Positions 10,942-20,086 of a stretch of 64,000 nucleotides of DNA are shown piece after piece. The stretch's first letter is position 1. Every line of letters begins with the position of its first letter. Made by a program: the position numbers and the translations under genes. This DNA is from an uncultured Actinomycetota bacterium (GTDB taxonomy: Bacteria; Actinomycetota; Humimicrobiia; Humimicrobiales; Humimicrobiaceae). Below the pieces are notes generated by a model, which had not been told where the DNA came from, made no database searches, and saw only the letters and a list, made by a program, of their open reading frames with translations. The DNA lies in contig CAZKVH010000004.1 in the NCBI GenBank assembly GCA_964556165.1, positions 13,075 through 77,074 on the forward strand, in the 5' to 3' direction.

Positions 10942-11445
10942 TTGATTATAATAGACGGTCATAATTTTATTTTTAGCTCTGTAAGAACCCGGGATTTAAG
11001 CGGGGGGAGAATGGATTATCTGAAAGTTAAGTTATTAAGAGATGTGATTTTGTTTAAAAGTCTTAAAAACTGGGATGCGATAGTAGTATTCGATGCAAGA
11101 AACAGCGATAATCTTAAAAGAGGGGACAGTGTTATTGACGGAGTAAGAGTTATACATTCAATGAAAAGCGAGACAGCCGATGATGTTATAGAAGAGCTGG
11201 TCGAGATGAGTATGGGATATAAAAGTATTTTTGTGGTTACATCCGATTACCTTCAGCAAAAGGTGATTTTTAAAAAAAATGTCTACCGCAAATCAAGTCG
11301 CGAGTTTGGCATAGAGTTGAGAGATTTAAGAAAAAAAATGAGAGATAGCATTAATAATCCCAGGGTGAGTTATGATAGTAAATTCCTTTCTCTGGGGAAG
11401 AGATTAAGCGCAAGCCAGAAAAAAAAGCTTTCTGAACTCCATTAG
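10942..11445 (+). CDS. YacP-like NYN-domain ribonuclease
   Basis: The N-terminal IIIDGHNFIF matches the LLVDGYN start of B. subtilis YacP. The track ORF begins at 10855 and overlaps rlmB by 74 nt. An in-frame TTG at 10942, placed by homolog alignment, is the more likely start. Confidence 0.65.
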   Translation: MIIIDGHNFIFSSVRTRDLSGGRMDYLKVKLLRDVILFKSLKNWDAIVVFDARNSDNLKRGDSVIDGVRVIHSMKSETADDVIEELVEMSMGYKSIFVVTSDYLQQKVIFKKNVYRKSSREFGIELRDLRKKMRDSINNPRVSYDSKFLSLGKRLSASQKKKLSELH

Positions 11446-11457
11446 AAATAAGGCAGA

Positions 11458-12297
11458 ATGTCTGTAAGAGTCATATTACTTTCGATTTTTTTAATAATTA
11501 TAATAGTTTTTCTTAATGGTTGCGGCCTTTATTATGATTATGCCGATGATTTTGATAATGACAGGAGCGCAGCCGATGATGTTATTGGAACAGGGGCCGA
11601 GAATGCTGATTTTGTAAAAGAAGTTATTGACGGAGATACTATAATTCTTTCGGATGGAAGAACTATAAGACTTATAGGGATTAATGCACCTGAATGCGAA
11701 ATGTATTTTTTTGAAGAAGCCAGGGATGTACTTGAGGCAATAGTTACCGGTAAGGAAGTTTACCTTGAAAAAGATATATCCGAGACCGATAAGTATGGGA
11801 GACTTTTAAGATATGTATATACAGACGGGCTTTTTGTTAATCTTGAAATGGTTAAAAGAGGGTTTGCCAACTGTTATACCTATCCTCCTGATGTAAAGTA
11901 TGCCGGTAGATTTATTGAAGCAGAAAGGTATGCAAGAGAAAAGTCACTGGGATTGTGGGAAGAATCAGAAATAAAAGATATAGAAGTTAAAATACATTAT
12001 AATGCTGCGGGAAATGATAATACTAATTTAAATGACGAATATATAATAATAAAGAATACTGGTGATGACTATCTTGATATTTACGGCTGGACCGTCAAGG
12101 ACAGCGGTACCAGTATATATAAGTTTGACAGATATATTTTTGATAAAAATACTGCGGTATTCCTTTTTACCGGTAGCGGAGAAGACTCAGGTGGCAATTT
12201 TTACTGGGGAAGCCCTAAGCCCATATGGAATAATGAACATGATATTCTCTATCTAAGGGATAGAGAAGGTTTACTTATAGGAATTTTCGATTATTAA
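11458..12297 (+). CDS. secreted lipoprotein: staphylococcal-nuclease-like thermonuclease fused to a C-terminal lamin-tail domain (LTD)
   Basis: Signal peptide with lipobox (LNGCGL). SNase core (TIRLIGINAPE...GRLLRYVY). C-terminal LTD signature (EYIIIKNTGDDYLDIYGWTVKDSGTSIYKF...LYLRDREGLLIG). Confidence 0.7.
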   Translation: MSVRVILLSIFLIIIIVFLNGCGLYYDYADDFDNDRSAADDVIGTGAENADFVKEVIDGDTIILSDGRTIRLIGINAPECEMYFFEEARDVLEAIVTGKEVYLEKDISETDKYGRLLRYVYTDGLFVNLEMVKRGFANCYTYPPDVKYAGRFIEAERYAREKSLGLWEESEIKDIEVKIHYNAAGNDNTNLNDEYIIIKNTGDDYLDIYGWTVKDSGTSIYKFDRYIFDKNTAVFLFTGSGEDSGGNFYWGSPKPIWNNEHDILYLRDREGLLIGIFDY

Positions 12298-13637
12298 TTG
12301 AAAATTTCTTCTTCAATAAAGTGCGTGTGAATGTTACCTTCGATAAAGTTTTTACTCTGCACAATCTTTTTGTAAAATGGTATGGTAGTTTTGATTCCCT
12401 CTATTTTAAATTCGTCCAGTGCCCGCAGTGATTTTAAAACCGCCTCTTCTCTGGTGCGGTCGTGTATTACAAGTTTGGCTATCAGGGAATCATAAAATGG
12501 CAGCACCTCACAACCGGGGTGTATGTAGGTATCCAGTCTTATGCCGGGCCCTCCTGGTGGAAAAATATTTGTTATCCTTCCGGGACATGGCTTAAAATCA
12601 TCATCAGGGTCTTCAGCATTAATTCTGAATTCTATAGAATGACCGCGCGGGTTATAATTTTCGCTTAAATGATTGGTTCTTTGCCCGGAAGCAATTTTTA
12701 TCTGTTCCTTTACAAGGTCGATTCCCGTAACCATTTCTGTTACGGGGTGTTCTACCTGAATTCTTGTATTTATTTCTATGAAATAAAAATTTCCGTTGCC
12801 ATCAAGTAGAAATTCTATGGTACCCGCGTTCTTATAATTTATTGCTTTTGCTGCTCTTACTGCAAATTCTTTCATCAACCTGATTGTCCTTGGAGGGAGA
12901 TTAACCGCAGGTGCTTCTTCTATAAGTTTCTGATGCCTTCTCTGGATGGAGCACTCTCTTTCTCCAATACATACAGTATTACCGTAATTATCAGCGATAA
13001 TTTGAAATTCGATGTGCCTGGGTCTCGGAATATATTTTTCTATGTAAACTTCGCTATTCCCAAAGGATGATTCAGATTCTGATTTTGCAGTCGGGAAATG
13101 GGCTATGACATCTTTTTTGTCGTTACAGATTTTCATACCTTTGCCACCGCCGCCAAAAGATGCTTTTATAATAACAGGATAACCAAGTCTTTTTCCTAAT
13201 TTTAATGCTTTTCTAATATTTCCGACGTTACCCGTAGAACCCGGGATAACGGGTATCTTATTTTGCTGCATTATTTCTATTGCTCTGGATTTATTACCTG
13301 CAAGTGATATTACTTCAGCAGGAGGTCCTATAAAGACTATATTATTCTGCGCGCAGGCTTCCACGAAGTCAGGGTTTTCTGCAAGAAATCCATAGCCGGG
13401 ATGAATAGCATCGCAGCCGGTTAATTGTGCGGCTGAAATTATATTGTCCATGTTGAGGTAGCTTTTGGGAGATGCAGGAGGCCCTATGCAGATGCTTTTG
13501 TCTGATAATTTCGTGTGTATAGATTCTTTATCTGCTGTTGAATATACCGAAACACTTTCAATTCCAAGTTCTCTACAGGCTCTTATTATTCTTACGGCTA
13601 TTTCACCCCTGTTTGCTATAAGTATTCTTTTGAACAT
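12294..13637 (-). CDS. accC: biotin carboxylase (AccC / pyruvate carboxylase subunit A-type)
   Basis: 447 aa ATP-grasp biotin carboxylase (MFKRILIANRGEIAVRIIRACRELGI). It lies 7 nt downstream of the carboxyltransferase-BCCP gene on the same strand. Confidence 0.85.
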   Translation of the reverse strand: MFKRILIANRGEIAVRIIRACRELGIESVSVYSTADKESIHTKLSDKSICIGPPASPKSYLNMDNIISAAQLTGCDAIHPGYGFLAENPDFVEACAQNNIVFIGPPAEVISLAGNKSRAIEIMQQNKIPVIPGSTGNVGNIRKALKLGKRLGYPVIIKASFGGGGKGMKICNDKKDVIAHFPTAKSESESSFGNSEVYIEKYIPRPRHIEFQIIADNYGNTVCIGERECSIQRRHQKLIEEAPAVNLPPRTIRLMKEFAVRAAKAINYKNAGTIEFLLDGNGNFYFIEINTRIQVEHPVTEMVTGIDLVKEQIKIASGQRTNHLSENYNPRGHSIEFRINAEDPDDDFKPCPGRITNIFPPGGPGIRLDTYIHPGCEVLPFYDSLIAKLVIHDRTREEAVLKSLRALDEFKIEGIKTTIPFYKKIVQSKNFIEGNIHTHFIEEEIFN

Positions 13638-13644
13638 AATATTA

Positions 13645-15492
13645 TTAATTGTCTTTTTTGATGGTAATCAATGTCTGGCCAAATTCAACCACGTCTTCGT
13701 TGGAAACAAGTATTTCTATTATCTTACCGTTGTGCTCTGAATTAATTTTATTCATTAGCTTCATTGCCTCAATTACGCAGAGCGGGTCTCCTTTTTTAAT
13801 CCTGTCGCCGACTTTTACGAATGGCTGTTCACCGGGACCGGGAGAAGAGTAGAATATACCCACTATTGGAGATTTAACTTCTATTAAATCCGGGGATTCT
13901 TCTTCCCGGGGTTCTTGAACCTTCTCTTTTGAGGGTAGAGGTTCTTCCGATTTATATCTGGGATTATTTATGGAAATTTTAACTCCTTCAACTTCAAGCT
14001 TGATTTCCTCGATATCGCTATTCTCAACAAGACTTGTTAGTTCTCTGAGTTTCTTGATGTCGAGATTTTCTAATTTTACATTCGAGCCGAATTTATTTTC
14101 TTTGATTTTAATATTTTCTAAAATTGAGTCGGGGTATTTTACTAAACTGGATTTTTTAAAACCGGTTTTTTTCTTCTCAAGAAGCTTTCTTGTTTTTTCA
14201 GGATAAAAACAGTAACTGAGTATATCTTCCTCTTTATCTGAAAAATTTATAAGCTCATTTTTACATTGCTCGTAAGAATCTTCTGCATTAATGATAGATT
14301 TCATATTATCCTTTGAATTTCCTTCCAGTTTATCAAGAATTTTTTTGTCTACTTTTCCGGGGAGCCTGCCAAAGTACCCCAATATAAGTTTTTTTATCTC
14401 GTCACACAATATCTCCCATCTCGAGTCAGAAATTACGGCATTTAATATAGCCTGACTTCCTATAATCTGACCTATTGGAGTTGCTAGCCCGGGATTTCCT
14501 ATCTCTTTTTTTATTTTAAAAACTTCCTCCAGTACAGAATCTATGGCATCCAATTCTCCTATTTCTGCAAGCTGGCGGTTAATGCTTGAAATTAACCATC
14601 CCGGGAGCAGGTTTTTATCAGAACTGTTCAGGATAAAGTCAGTAGAGAATAAATCACTCCTGGTAAGCGGGTAAATATATCTTTTTATGATATCGTTTAA
14701 TTGAATTAATTCTTTATGCTCGAGATTGTGAGAGAAATTTTCACCCTTTAAACTTAAGATAAATGAAAATACAGTATGGTTTTGTTCGCAGTGGGATGAA
14801 GGCAGTAAACTCAGGTCAATGCCATCACAACCTTTTTGAAGAGCTTCAAAATAATTGAGTATCTGAAGGCCCCTCAGGTTTGGAGTACTTAAAAATTTAG
14901 GTATTTTTATCTCGCTGGCGAGGGCTTCAAAAAGTTTGCCTGTCTCACGGGGCAACATGGTGGACTCGACGTCTTTAATACATATAACACTGCAGCCTGA
15001 TTCTTCTAAAACTTTTGCAGTTTTTACGTAGAAATCTATATCTCTAGAATTATTGTATATTATTGTCCCCTGGCATGAGGCTTCGTTATCGATAATTGTG
15101 GAGATAGTATATTTAAGATTGTCCATGTCATTTAGTGCGTCATATACCCTGAAGATATCTGCACCGTTTATTACACACTGCTTTATAAATCTTTTTATTA
15201 TGTCATTTGAGTAAACCTCCAGACCTCCAAGATTTCTTGCTCCTGTCAGTATCTGAAGGGGAATGGAGGGTATCTTGTTTTTAACATATGATATAAATCC
15301 TATAGGAGTCAGATTAAGATTGCTTTCAAGGATTTTTTCGAAGCCCGGACTTCCGAGTATCTCAAGGCTATCATATTTTATATTCTTGATATGATTTAAA
15401 ATCATATCAAATGTTTGAATGTCAATATAATGAGTTTCTGCGTTCTGGAATATGTCCCTTAAAGTGATGTCATTTATTTTTATCTTTTTCAT
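13645..15492 (-). CDS. biotin-dependent carboxyltransferase (HMGL-like TIM barrel) fused to a C-terminal biotinyl (BCCP) domain; PycB/OadA-alpha-like
   Basis: 615 aa. The N-terminus is an HMGL-like barrel (KINDITLRD, IKD). The C-terminus has the biotin attachment motif CVIEAMKLMNKI. The canonical DTTLRDGHQS and HxH motifs are divergent. Confidence 0.65.
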   Translation of the reverse strand: MKKIKINDITLRDIFQNAETHYIDIQTFDMILNHIKNIKYDSLEILGSPGFEKILESNLNLTPIGFISYVKNKIPSIPLQILTGARNLGGLEVYSNDIIKRFIKQCVINGADIFRVYDALNDMDNLKYTISTIIDNEASCQGTIIYNNSRDIDFYVKTAKVLEESGCSVICIKDVESTMLPRETGKLFEALASEIKIPKFLSTPNLRGLQILNYFEALQKGCDGIDLSLLPSSHCEQNHTVFSFILSLKGENFSHNLEHKELIQLNDIIKRYIYPLTRSDLFSTDFILNSSDKNLLPGWLISSINRQLAEIGELDAIDSVLEEVFKIKKEIGNPGLATPIGQIIGSQAILNAVISDSRWEILCDEIKKLILGYFGRLPGKVDKKILDKLEGNSKDNMKSIINAEDSYEQCKNELINFSDKEEDILSYCFYPEKTRKLLEKKKTGFKKSSLVKYPDSILENIKIKENKFGSNVKLENLDIKKLRELTSLVENSDIEEIKLEVEGVKISINNPRYKSEEPLPSKEKVQEPREEESPDLIEVKSPIVGIFYSSPGPGEQPFVKVGDRIKKGDPLCVIEAMKLMNKINSEHNGKIIEILVSNEDVVEFGQTLITIKKDN

Positions 15493-16126
15493 TTTTTGTT
15501 TTTTTAAGATTTATAACGAGTACCGCTGTGATTGTTTTCACCAAATCTACCAGTATAAAGGGCTCCGTCCCCAATTTCCAGGTTTTAATGAGCGTATCTG
15601 TAAGGAAATGAGTGGATGATAAACTGTAGAAATATCCTGCGAGGTGGATGAATCCAAAAAAATGGATAATTATTACTCCTGTAATACAGGAGATAAAAGA
15701 GATAAACAATTGATATGAATATGATGGCCTGTTTTTCGATAAGTTTTCATATATATATCCGGATGCAAATGCTGCAGCCATAAATCCTATTATATATCCT
15801 CCCGTGGGTCCCGAAAGGGCAACCACGCCATTTTTAAATCCACTAAAAACAGGTAAACCCATAAGACCTGCAAGTATATATATGAGCTGGCTGGTAAAAG
15901 CCCAGCTACTTCCTAGAAACATGCCTGATATGAGTACTGTAAAGACCTGTGTTGTTATGGGAACCGGTGTAAAAGGAAGATATATATATGAGTTTGCAGA
16001 TATAGCCATAAGTATGACAAAAATTAGAGAAAATATCAGCCTGGTGTGGGCGTTGGCTCTTACCTCATAAATAAGAGGATAATTATTCATGACGCCTATA
16101 TTTTTTGTGTTAAATATTTTATTCAT
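15470..16126 (-). CDS. bioY: biotin ECF-type transporter substrate-specific component BioY
   Basis: 218 aa with about six TM segments and the BioY signature (PFTPVPITTQVF...LGS). It overlaps the downstream carboxylase gene by 23 nt. Confidence 0.8.
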   Translation of the reverse strand: MNKIFNTKNIGVMNNYPLIYEVRANAHTRLIFSLIFVILMAISANSYIYLPFTPVPITTQVFTVLISGMFLGSSWAFTSQLIYILAGLMGLPVFSGFKNGVVALSGPTGGYIIGFMAAAFASGYIYENLSKNRPSYSYQLFISFISCITGVIIIHFFGFIHLAGYFYSLSSTHFLTDTLIKTWKLGTEPFILVDLVKTITAVLVINLKKTKNEKDKNK

Positions 16127-16359
16127 AATAGTTATTCAAAAATGATTTAAATTATTTTTATTGTTTAAAAAATAAATGCTCCATACGTGGCTCTTGAACC
16201 ATTCTGTTAAGACGCTATGATATGAGTAAAGTTTCAGTTTAATAAATCAGGTTAATTATATTTTAACTTTTAAAAATTGAAACTATTAAATTATAGTCGC
16301 GTCTTTTTTTAAAAAGTTTTTATATTATTAATAACCATACTATTCAAATAGAGGGTTTT

Positions 16360-17511
16360 ATGAAATATTTTTTGACCGAAGAACAGCAGATGATAGTGGA
16401 AATTTGCCGGAAGATAGTCGAAGAAAGAATTATTCCGGTAAGAGCTGAACTTGATGAAAAGGAAATGTTCCCGGGGGATATAATAAAAGAAATTGGGAAG
16501 AGCGACCTTTTCAGATTGTTTGTTCCCGGGGAATATGGAGGAATGGGTACAGGCATTTTTGAAGTATGCCTTGCTACCGAGGAACTCAGCCGGGGCGATT
16601 TAGGCATCGCAACTACTTTTGCAGCGTCCGGATTGGGAACCATACCAATAGTTATTGCAGGAAATGAAGCCCAGAAAAAGAAATTCCTGCCGCAACTTGC
16701 AGACGGAGTAAGGCTTGCAGCATTTGCACTCTCGGAAGCAGAAGCGGGGAGTGATGTAGGTAATATAAAGACTACTGCGAAAAGAGATGGCGACTATTAT
16801 ATTTTGAACGGCTCCAAACAGTGGATATCCAATGGTGGAGAAGCTGATATCTATACTGTATTTGTAACTACAAACCCTGCTAAAGGAGTAAGAGGAATAA
16901 GTGCCGTTATTGTGGAAAAAGGTACGGCAGGATTTGAATTCGGTAAAAAAGAAAATAAACTCGGCATGCGTAGTTCTATGACCAGGGAACTTATATTTAC
17001 AGATTGCAAAGTGCCGGCAGAGAATTTGCTGGGTAAGGAAGGGACCGGTTTTGTTATTGCTATGAGAACTTTTGACCAGTCAAGACCACCAGTAGGAGCT
17101 CAGGCAGTAGGTATAGCCCGGGCTTCTCTGGAAGAAGCATTAAATTACTCAAGGGTAAGAAAGCAATTTGGTGTTCCAATATCTTCGTTCCAGGCAATTC
17201 AGCATATGCTTGCTGATATGGCAACAAATATCGAAGCAGCAAGTGCGCTTGTTTACCATACAGCAAAGGTGATTGATAGTGGGCAGAAAAACATAACAGG
17301 GCTCTCTTCAATGTCAAAACTTTTTGCAACTGATGTTGCGATGAAAGTTACGGTTGATGCAGTTCAAATACTGGGCGGTTACGGTTATATGAAAGAATAT
17401 CCACTTGAAAAAATGATGAGGGATGCGAAAGTAACCCAGATTTACGAAGGTACCAATCAGATTATGCGAAACATAATCGCTCTCGATATGATAAAAAGAG
17501 GTTTAGATTGA
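16360..17511 (+). CDS. bcd: acyl-CoA dehydrogenase (butyryl-CoA dehydrogenase-like)
   Basis: 383 aa with ACAD N-terminal, middle and C-terminal domains. It is followed by etfB and etfA. Confidence 0.85.
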   Translation: MKYFLTEEQQMIVEICRKIVEERIIPVRAELDEKEMFPGDIIKEIGKSDLFRLFVPGEYGGMGTGIFEVCLATEELSRGDLGIATTFAASGLGTIPIVIAGNEAQKKKFLPQLADGVRLAAFALSEAEAGSDVGNIKTTAKRDGDYYILNGSKQWISNGGEADIYTVFVTTNPAKGVRGISAVIVEKGTAGFEFGKKENKLGMRSSMTRELIFTDCKVPAENLLGKEGTGFVIAMRTFDQSRPPVGAQAVGIARASLEEALNYSRVRKQFGVPISSFQAIQHMLADMATNIEAASALVYHTAKVIDSGQKNITGLSSMSKLFATDVAMKVTVDAVQILGGYGYMKEYPLEKMMRDAKVTQIYEGTNQIMRNIIALDMIKRGLD

Positions 17512-17633
17512 GGAGATTCAAAACCAGCAGCCAATAGAAAATTTTAAGCAGTCTAAACATTATTTCCAATAAGTTTATTTCTATATTTATTGTTCTTTTT
17601 AAATCAAAGAGAATGAAGACATCATAAGGTGAG

Positions 17634-18437
17634 GTGGTTAAGATTAGAATTGTTGTATGCATAAAGCAGGTTCCGGGTACTACCGAAGTTAAAATAGACC
17701 CCCGGACCAATAACCTTATAAGAGAGGGAATTGAAAATATAATAAATCCATTTGATTCCTATGCTATCGAGGAAGCAGTAAGGATAAAAGAAAGGCTTAA
17801 CGATGAAGAAGCAGAGGTAATCTCTATTACTATGGGACCTCCACAGTCTGTAGAGGTATTGAAGGATTCCATATCGGTAGGTGTAGATAGGGCTATACTT
17901 ATTTCAGATAAAGCATTTGCAGGCGCAGATACACTCGCTACCGCTACCACACTTGTCAGAGCTATAAATAAGATAGGAGGCTGTAAGTTGATTATACTCG
18001 GTAAACAGAGCCTTGATGGAGAGACGGGTCAGGTTGGGCCCGAGCTGGCACAAAAGATGGGAATTCCTTTTATAGGTTATGTCAGTGAAATTATGGAGAT
18101 AAATAAAAATGATATGAAAGTTAAAAGGCTCATGGAAGACAGGTATGAAATTTTTGAGGTGAGCTTTCCTGCTGCCATATCGGTGATAAAAGATATAAAC
18201 ATACCGAGGGTCCCTTCTTTGCGTGGAAAGATAAAGGCTAAAAATGCAAGCATACCAGCCTGGGGATTGAAGGAACTGGGTGCCAGTGAGGATGAGGTAG
18301 GACTTGCAGGCTCGTGTACACAGGTTTTAAGAGTTTTTGCTCCAAAGATAAAACGAGAAACAACAATGATCACAGGGACTGCTGAAGAGAAAGTGGAAGA
18401 GTTAAATAAAATATTAAAAGAATTAAATGTAGTATAA
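17634..18437 (+). CDS. etfB: electron transfer flavoprotein beta subunit
   Basis: 267 aa. The N-terminus is EtfB-like (IVVCIKQVPGTTEVKIDP). Confidence 0.85.
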   Translation: MVKIRIVVCIKQVPGTTEVKIDPRTNNLIREGIENIINPFDSYAIEEAVRIKERLNDEEAEVISITMGPPQSVEVLKDSISVGVDRAILISDKAFAGADTLATATTLVRAINKIGGCKLIILGKQSLDGETGQVGPELAQKMGIPFIGYVSEIMEINKNDMKVKRLMEDRYEIFEVSFPAAISVIKDINIPRVPSLRGKIKAKNASIPAWGLKELGASEDEVGLAGSCTQVLRVFAPKIKRETTMITGTAEEKVEELNKILKELNVV

Positions 18438-18442
18438 ATGAA

Positions 18443-19522
18443 ATGAATAATAAAGTACTCACTATTAATTTAAAAGAACGCATCTTTCTTACTGAAGAAA
18501 AGAAAGATTTATCTGATTACAGGGGTGTGTGCGTATATCTTGAGACAAATGAGGGCAAAGTTGCAGACGTTGGATTTGAGCTGGTCAGCGAAGGAAGGAA
18601 GCTTGCTGATAAACTCGGCGTTGAGCTCTCTGCGATAGCAATGGGAAAAGGCATTAAAGAAAGCGCTATGGAAGCTTTTCAGTACGGACTGAATAAGTTA
18701 TATTTAGCTGACAGCACTGATTTTTCTTATAATCTTGATGATATTTTTTCCGAAACTCTTGCCCGGTTGATATTGCGTTACAGACCCGAAATATTCCTGG
18801 CGGGAGCTACCTGGTTTGGGAGAACGTTGATTCCCAGGGTGGCGGCTATCTTAAAAACAGGTTTAAGTGCCGATTGTACAGAATTGGAAATAGACAATGA
18901 AAAGAAAGTACTTCTTCAGACGAAACCTGCCTTTGGAGGAAATATTCTTGCAACTATTATTACACGGAATGCAAGGCCACAGATGGCAACAGTTAGACCT
19001 CACGTTATGGAAAAAAAGAAGGTCGCAGGAGAGATACGAGACTGTGAAGACAGAGTGGAGTATATAAAGGTTGAACCTTCTGGATTTAAAACAGATTATA
19101 AATTAATCGGGATCGATAAAAATCTTAATGAAAGTATAAATATCAATGATTATAAAGTTATAGTATCAGGTGGCAGGGGCGTAGGTGGAAGTGAAAAATT
19201 TTCGACTCTTAAGGAACTTGCCGGTCTTCTGGGCGGTGCAGTAGGTGCATCAAGAGCCGCGGTTGATTCAGGCTGGATATCTTATCCTCACCAGATAGGG
19301 CAGACCGGAAAAACAGTTAACCCCAGAATTTATATAGCATGCGGTATATCCGGAGCAATCCAGCATCTTGTGGGAGTTCAGAGTTCGGATATTATAATTG
19401 CCATAAATAAAGACCCGGCTGCACCTATATTCAAAGTAGCTGATTATGGAATCGTGGGAGATTTATTTGAAGTAGTACCGATGCTGATAAAAAGAATCAA
19501 GAGTGGCAGGACTCTTATTTAG
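18443..19522 (+). CDS. etfA: electron transfer flavoprotein alpha subunit
   Basis: 359 aa. The C-terminal FAD-binding region is EtfA-like (PRIYIACGISGAIQHLVG). It has an N-terminal extension of about 35 aa. Confidence 0.85.
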   Translation: MNNKVLTINLKERIFLTEEKKDLSDYRGVCVYLETNEGKVADVGFELVSEGRKLADKLGVELSAIAMGKGIKESAMEAFQYGLNKLYLADSTDFSYNLDDIFSETLARLILRYRPEIFLAGATWFGRTLIPRVAAILKTGLSADCTELEIDNEKKVLLQTKPAFGGNILATIITRNARPQMATVRPHVMEKKKVAGEIRDCEDRVEYIKVEPSGFKTDYKLIGIDKNLNESININDYKVIVSGGRGVGGSEKFSTLKELAGLLGGAVGASRAAVDSGWISYPHQIGQTGKTVNPRIYIACGISGAIQHLVGVQSSDIIIAINKDPAAPIFKVADYGIVGDLFEVVPMLIKRIKSGRTLI

Positions 19523-19555
19523 TTAAAATATCTGTATTAAAGAACCACCGGTAAA

Positions 19556-19837
19556 TTATAATTCTTCTTTGTGAGTTTCATCGCAGGATACCAGCATTTC
19601 AATATCCTTAACATTTAAAAAAACAATTTCATTTTTACCGCTTATATCTAACTTTGCTTTATGGGAGTCATCCAGTTGATATACTTCGGCTTCTGTTACT
19701 GGAATGAATTTGGTATTCTGGGCATTAATGTAGTCTAAGATTCTACCACTGGTCATAATATATATATAACCCCTTATTATAGAAGAGTTTGTTTTTATTT
19801 TTACACGTACTTTTTCTTTAGGTACTTTTATGGTCAC
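19556..19837 (-). CDS. hypothetical small beta-rich protein (93 aa)
   Basis: An unoverlapped ORF in an otherwise non-coding gap, divergent from the GGDEF gene. I recognise no motif in it. The PilZ RxxxR / DxSxxG motifs do not fit. Confidence 0.4.
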   Translation of the reverse strand: MTIKVPKEKVRVKIKTNSSIIRGYIYIMTSGRILDYINAQNTKFIPVTEAEVYQLDDSHKAKLDISGKNEIVFLNVKDIEMLVSCDETHKEEL

Positions 19838-20068
19838 TTCATTTAAAAATAATGTCAGTTTAAAAATAATTTGCGCATCTACATTAAATATTAAAAAACA
19901 TTATGAGGATATTTGCAATTAAATAAATTAATAAAATATTTGCATTAAAAAATATTTTTATATGATATTTTATAAGAGCGATATAAATTATAAGGAATTT
20001 TGTTATAATTGTATTGAGATTTACTTAATATATTATTTTATGATATATTTTAACAAGTATTAAATTAT

Positions 20069-20080
20069 TACACCGGTGTA
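20069..20080. promoter_or_regulatory. perfect 12-bp palindrome TACACCGGTGTA just upstream of the GGDEF gene start
   Basis: Read directly from the sequence. It sits 7 nt before the ATG at 20087. Confidence 0.3.
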
Positions 20081-20086
20081 TTTAAT

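Noticed and set aside
16127-16359. Possible BirA/biotin operator in the bioY promoter region
   Set aside because: Only weak, widely spaced inverted repeats (AGTTTCA…TGAAACT about 50 bp apart, and GACGCTA…TAGTCGCGTC) are present. I found no convincing match to a TGTTAACC-type BirA operator.
19556-19837. PilZ-domain (c-di-GMP receptor) assignment for the 93-aa protein next to the GGDEF gene
   Set aside because: The RxxxR and D/NxSxxG motifs are not present in the required order or spacing. I kept it as a hypothetical protein.
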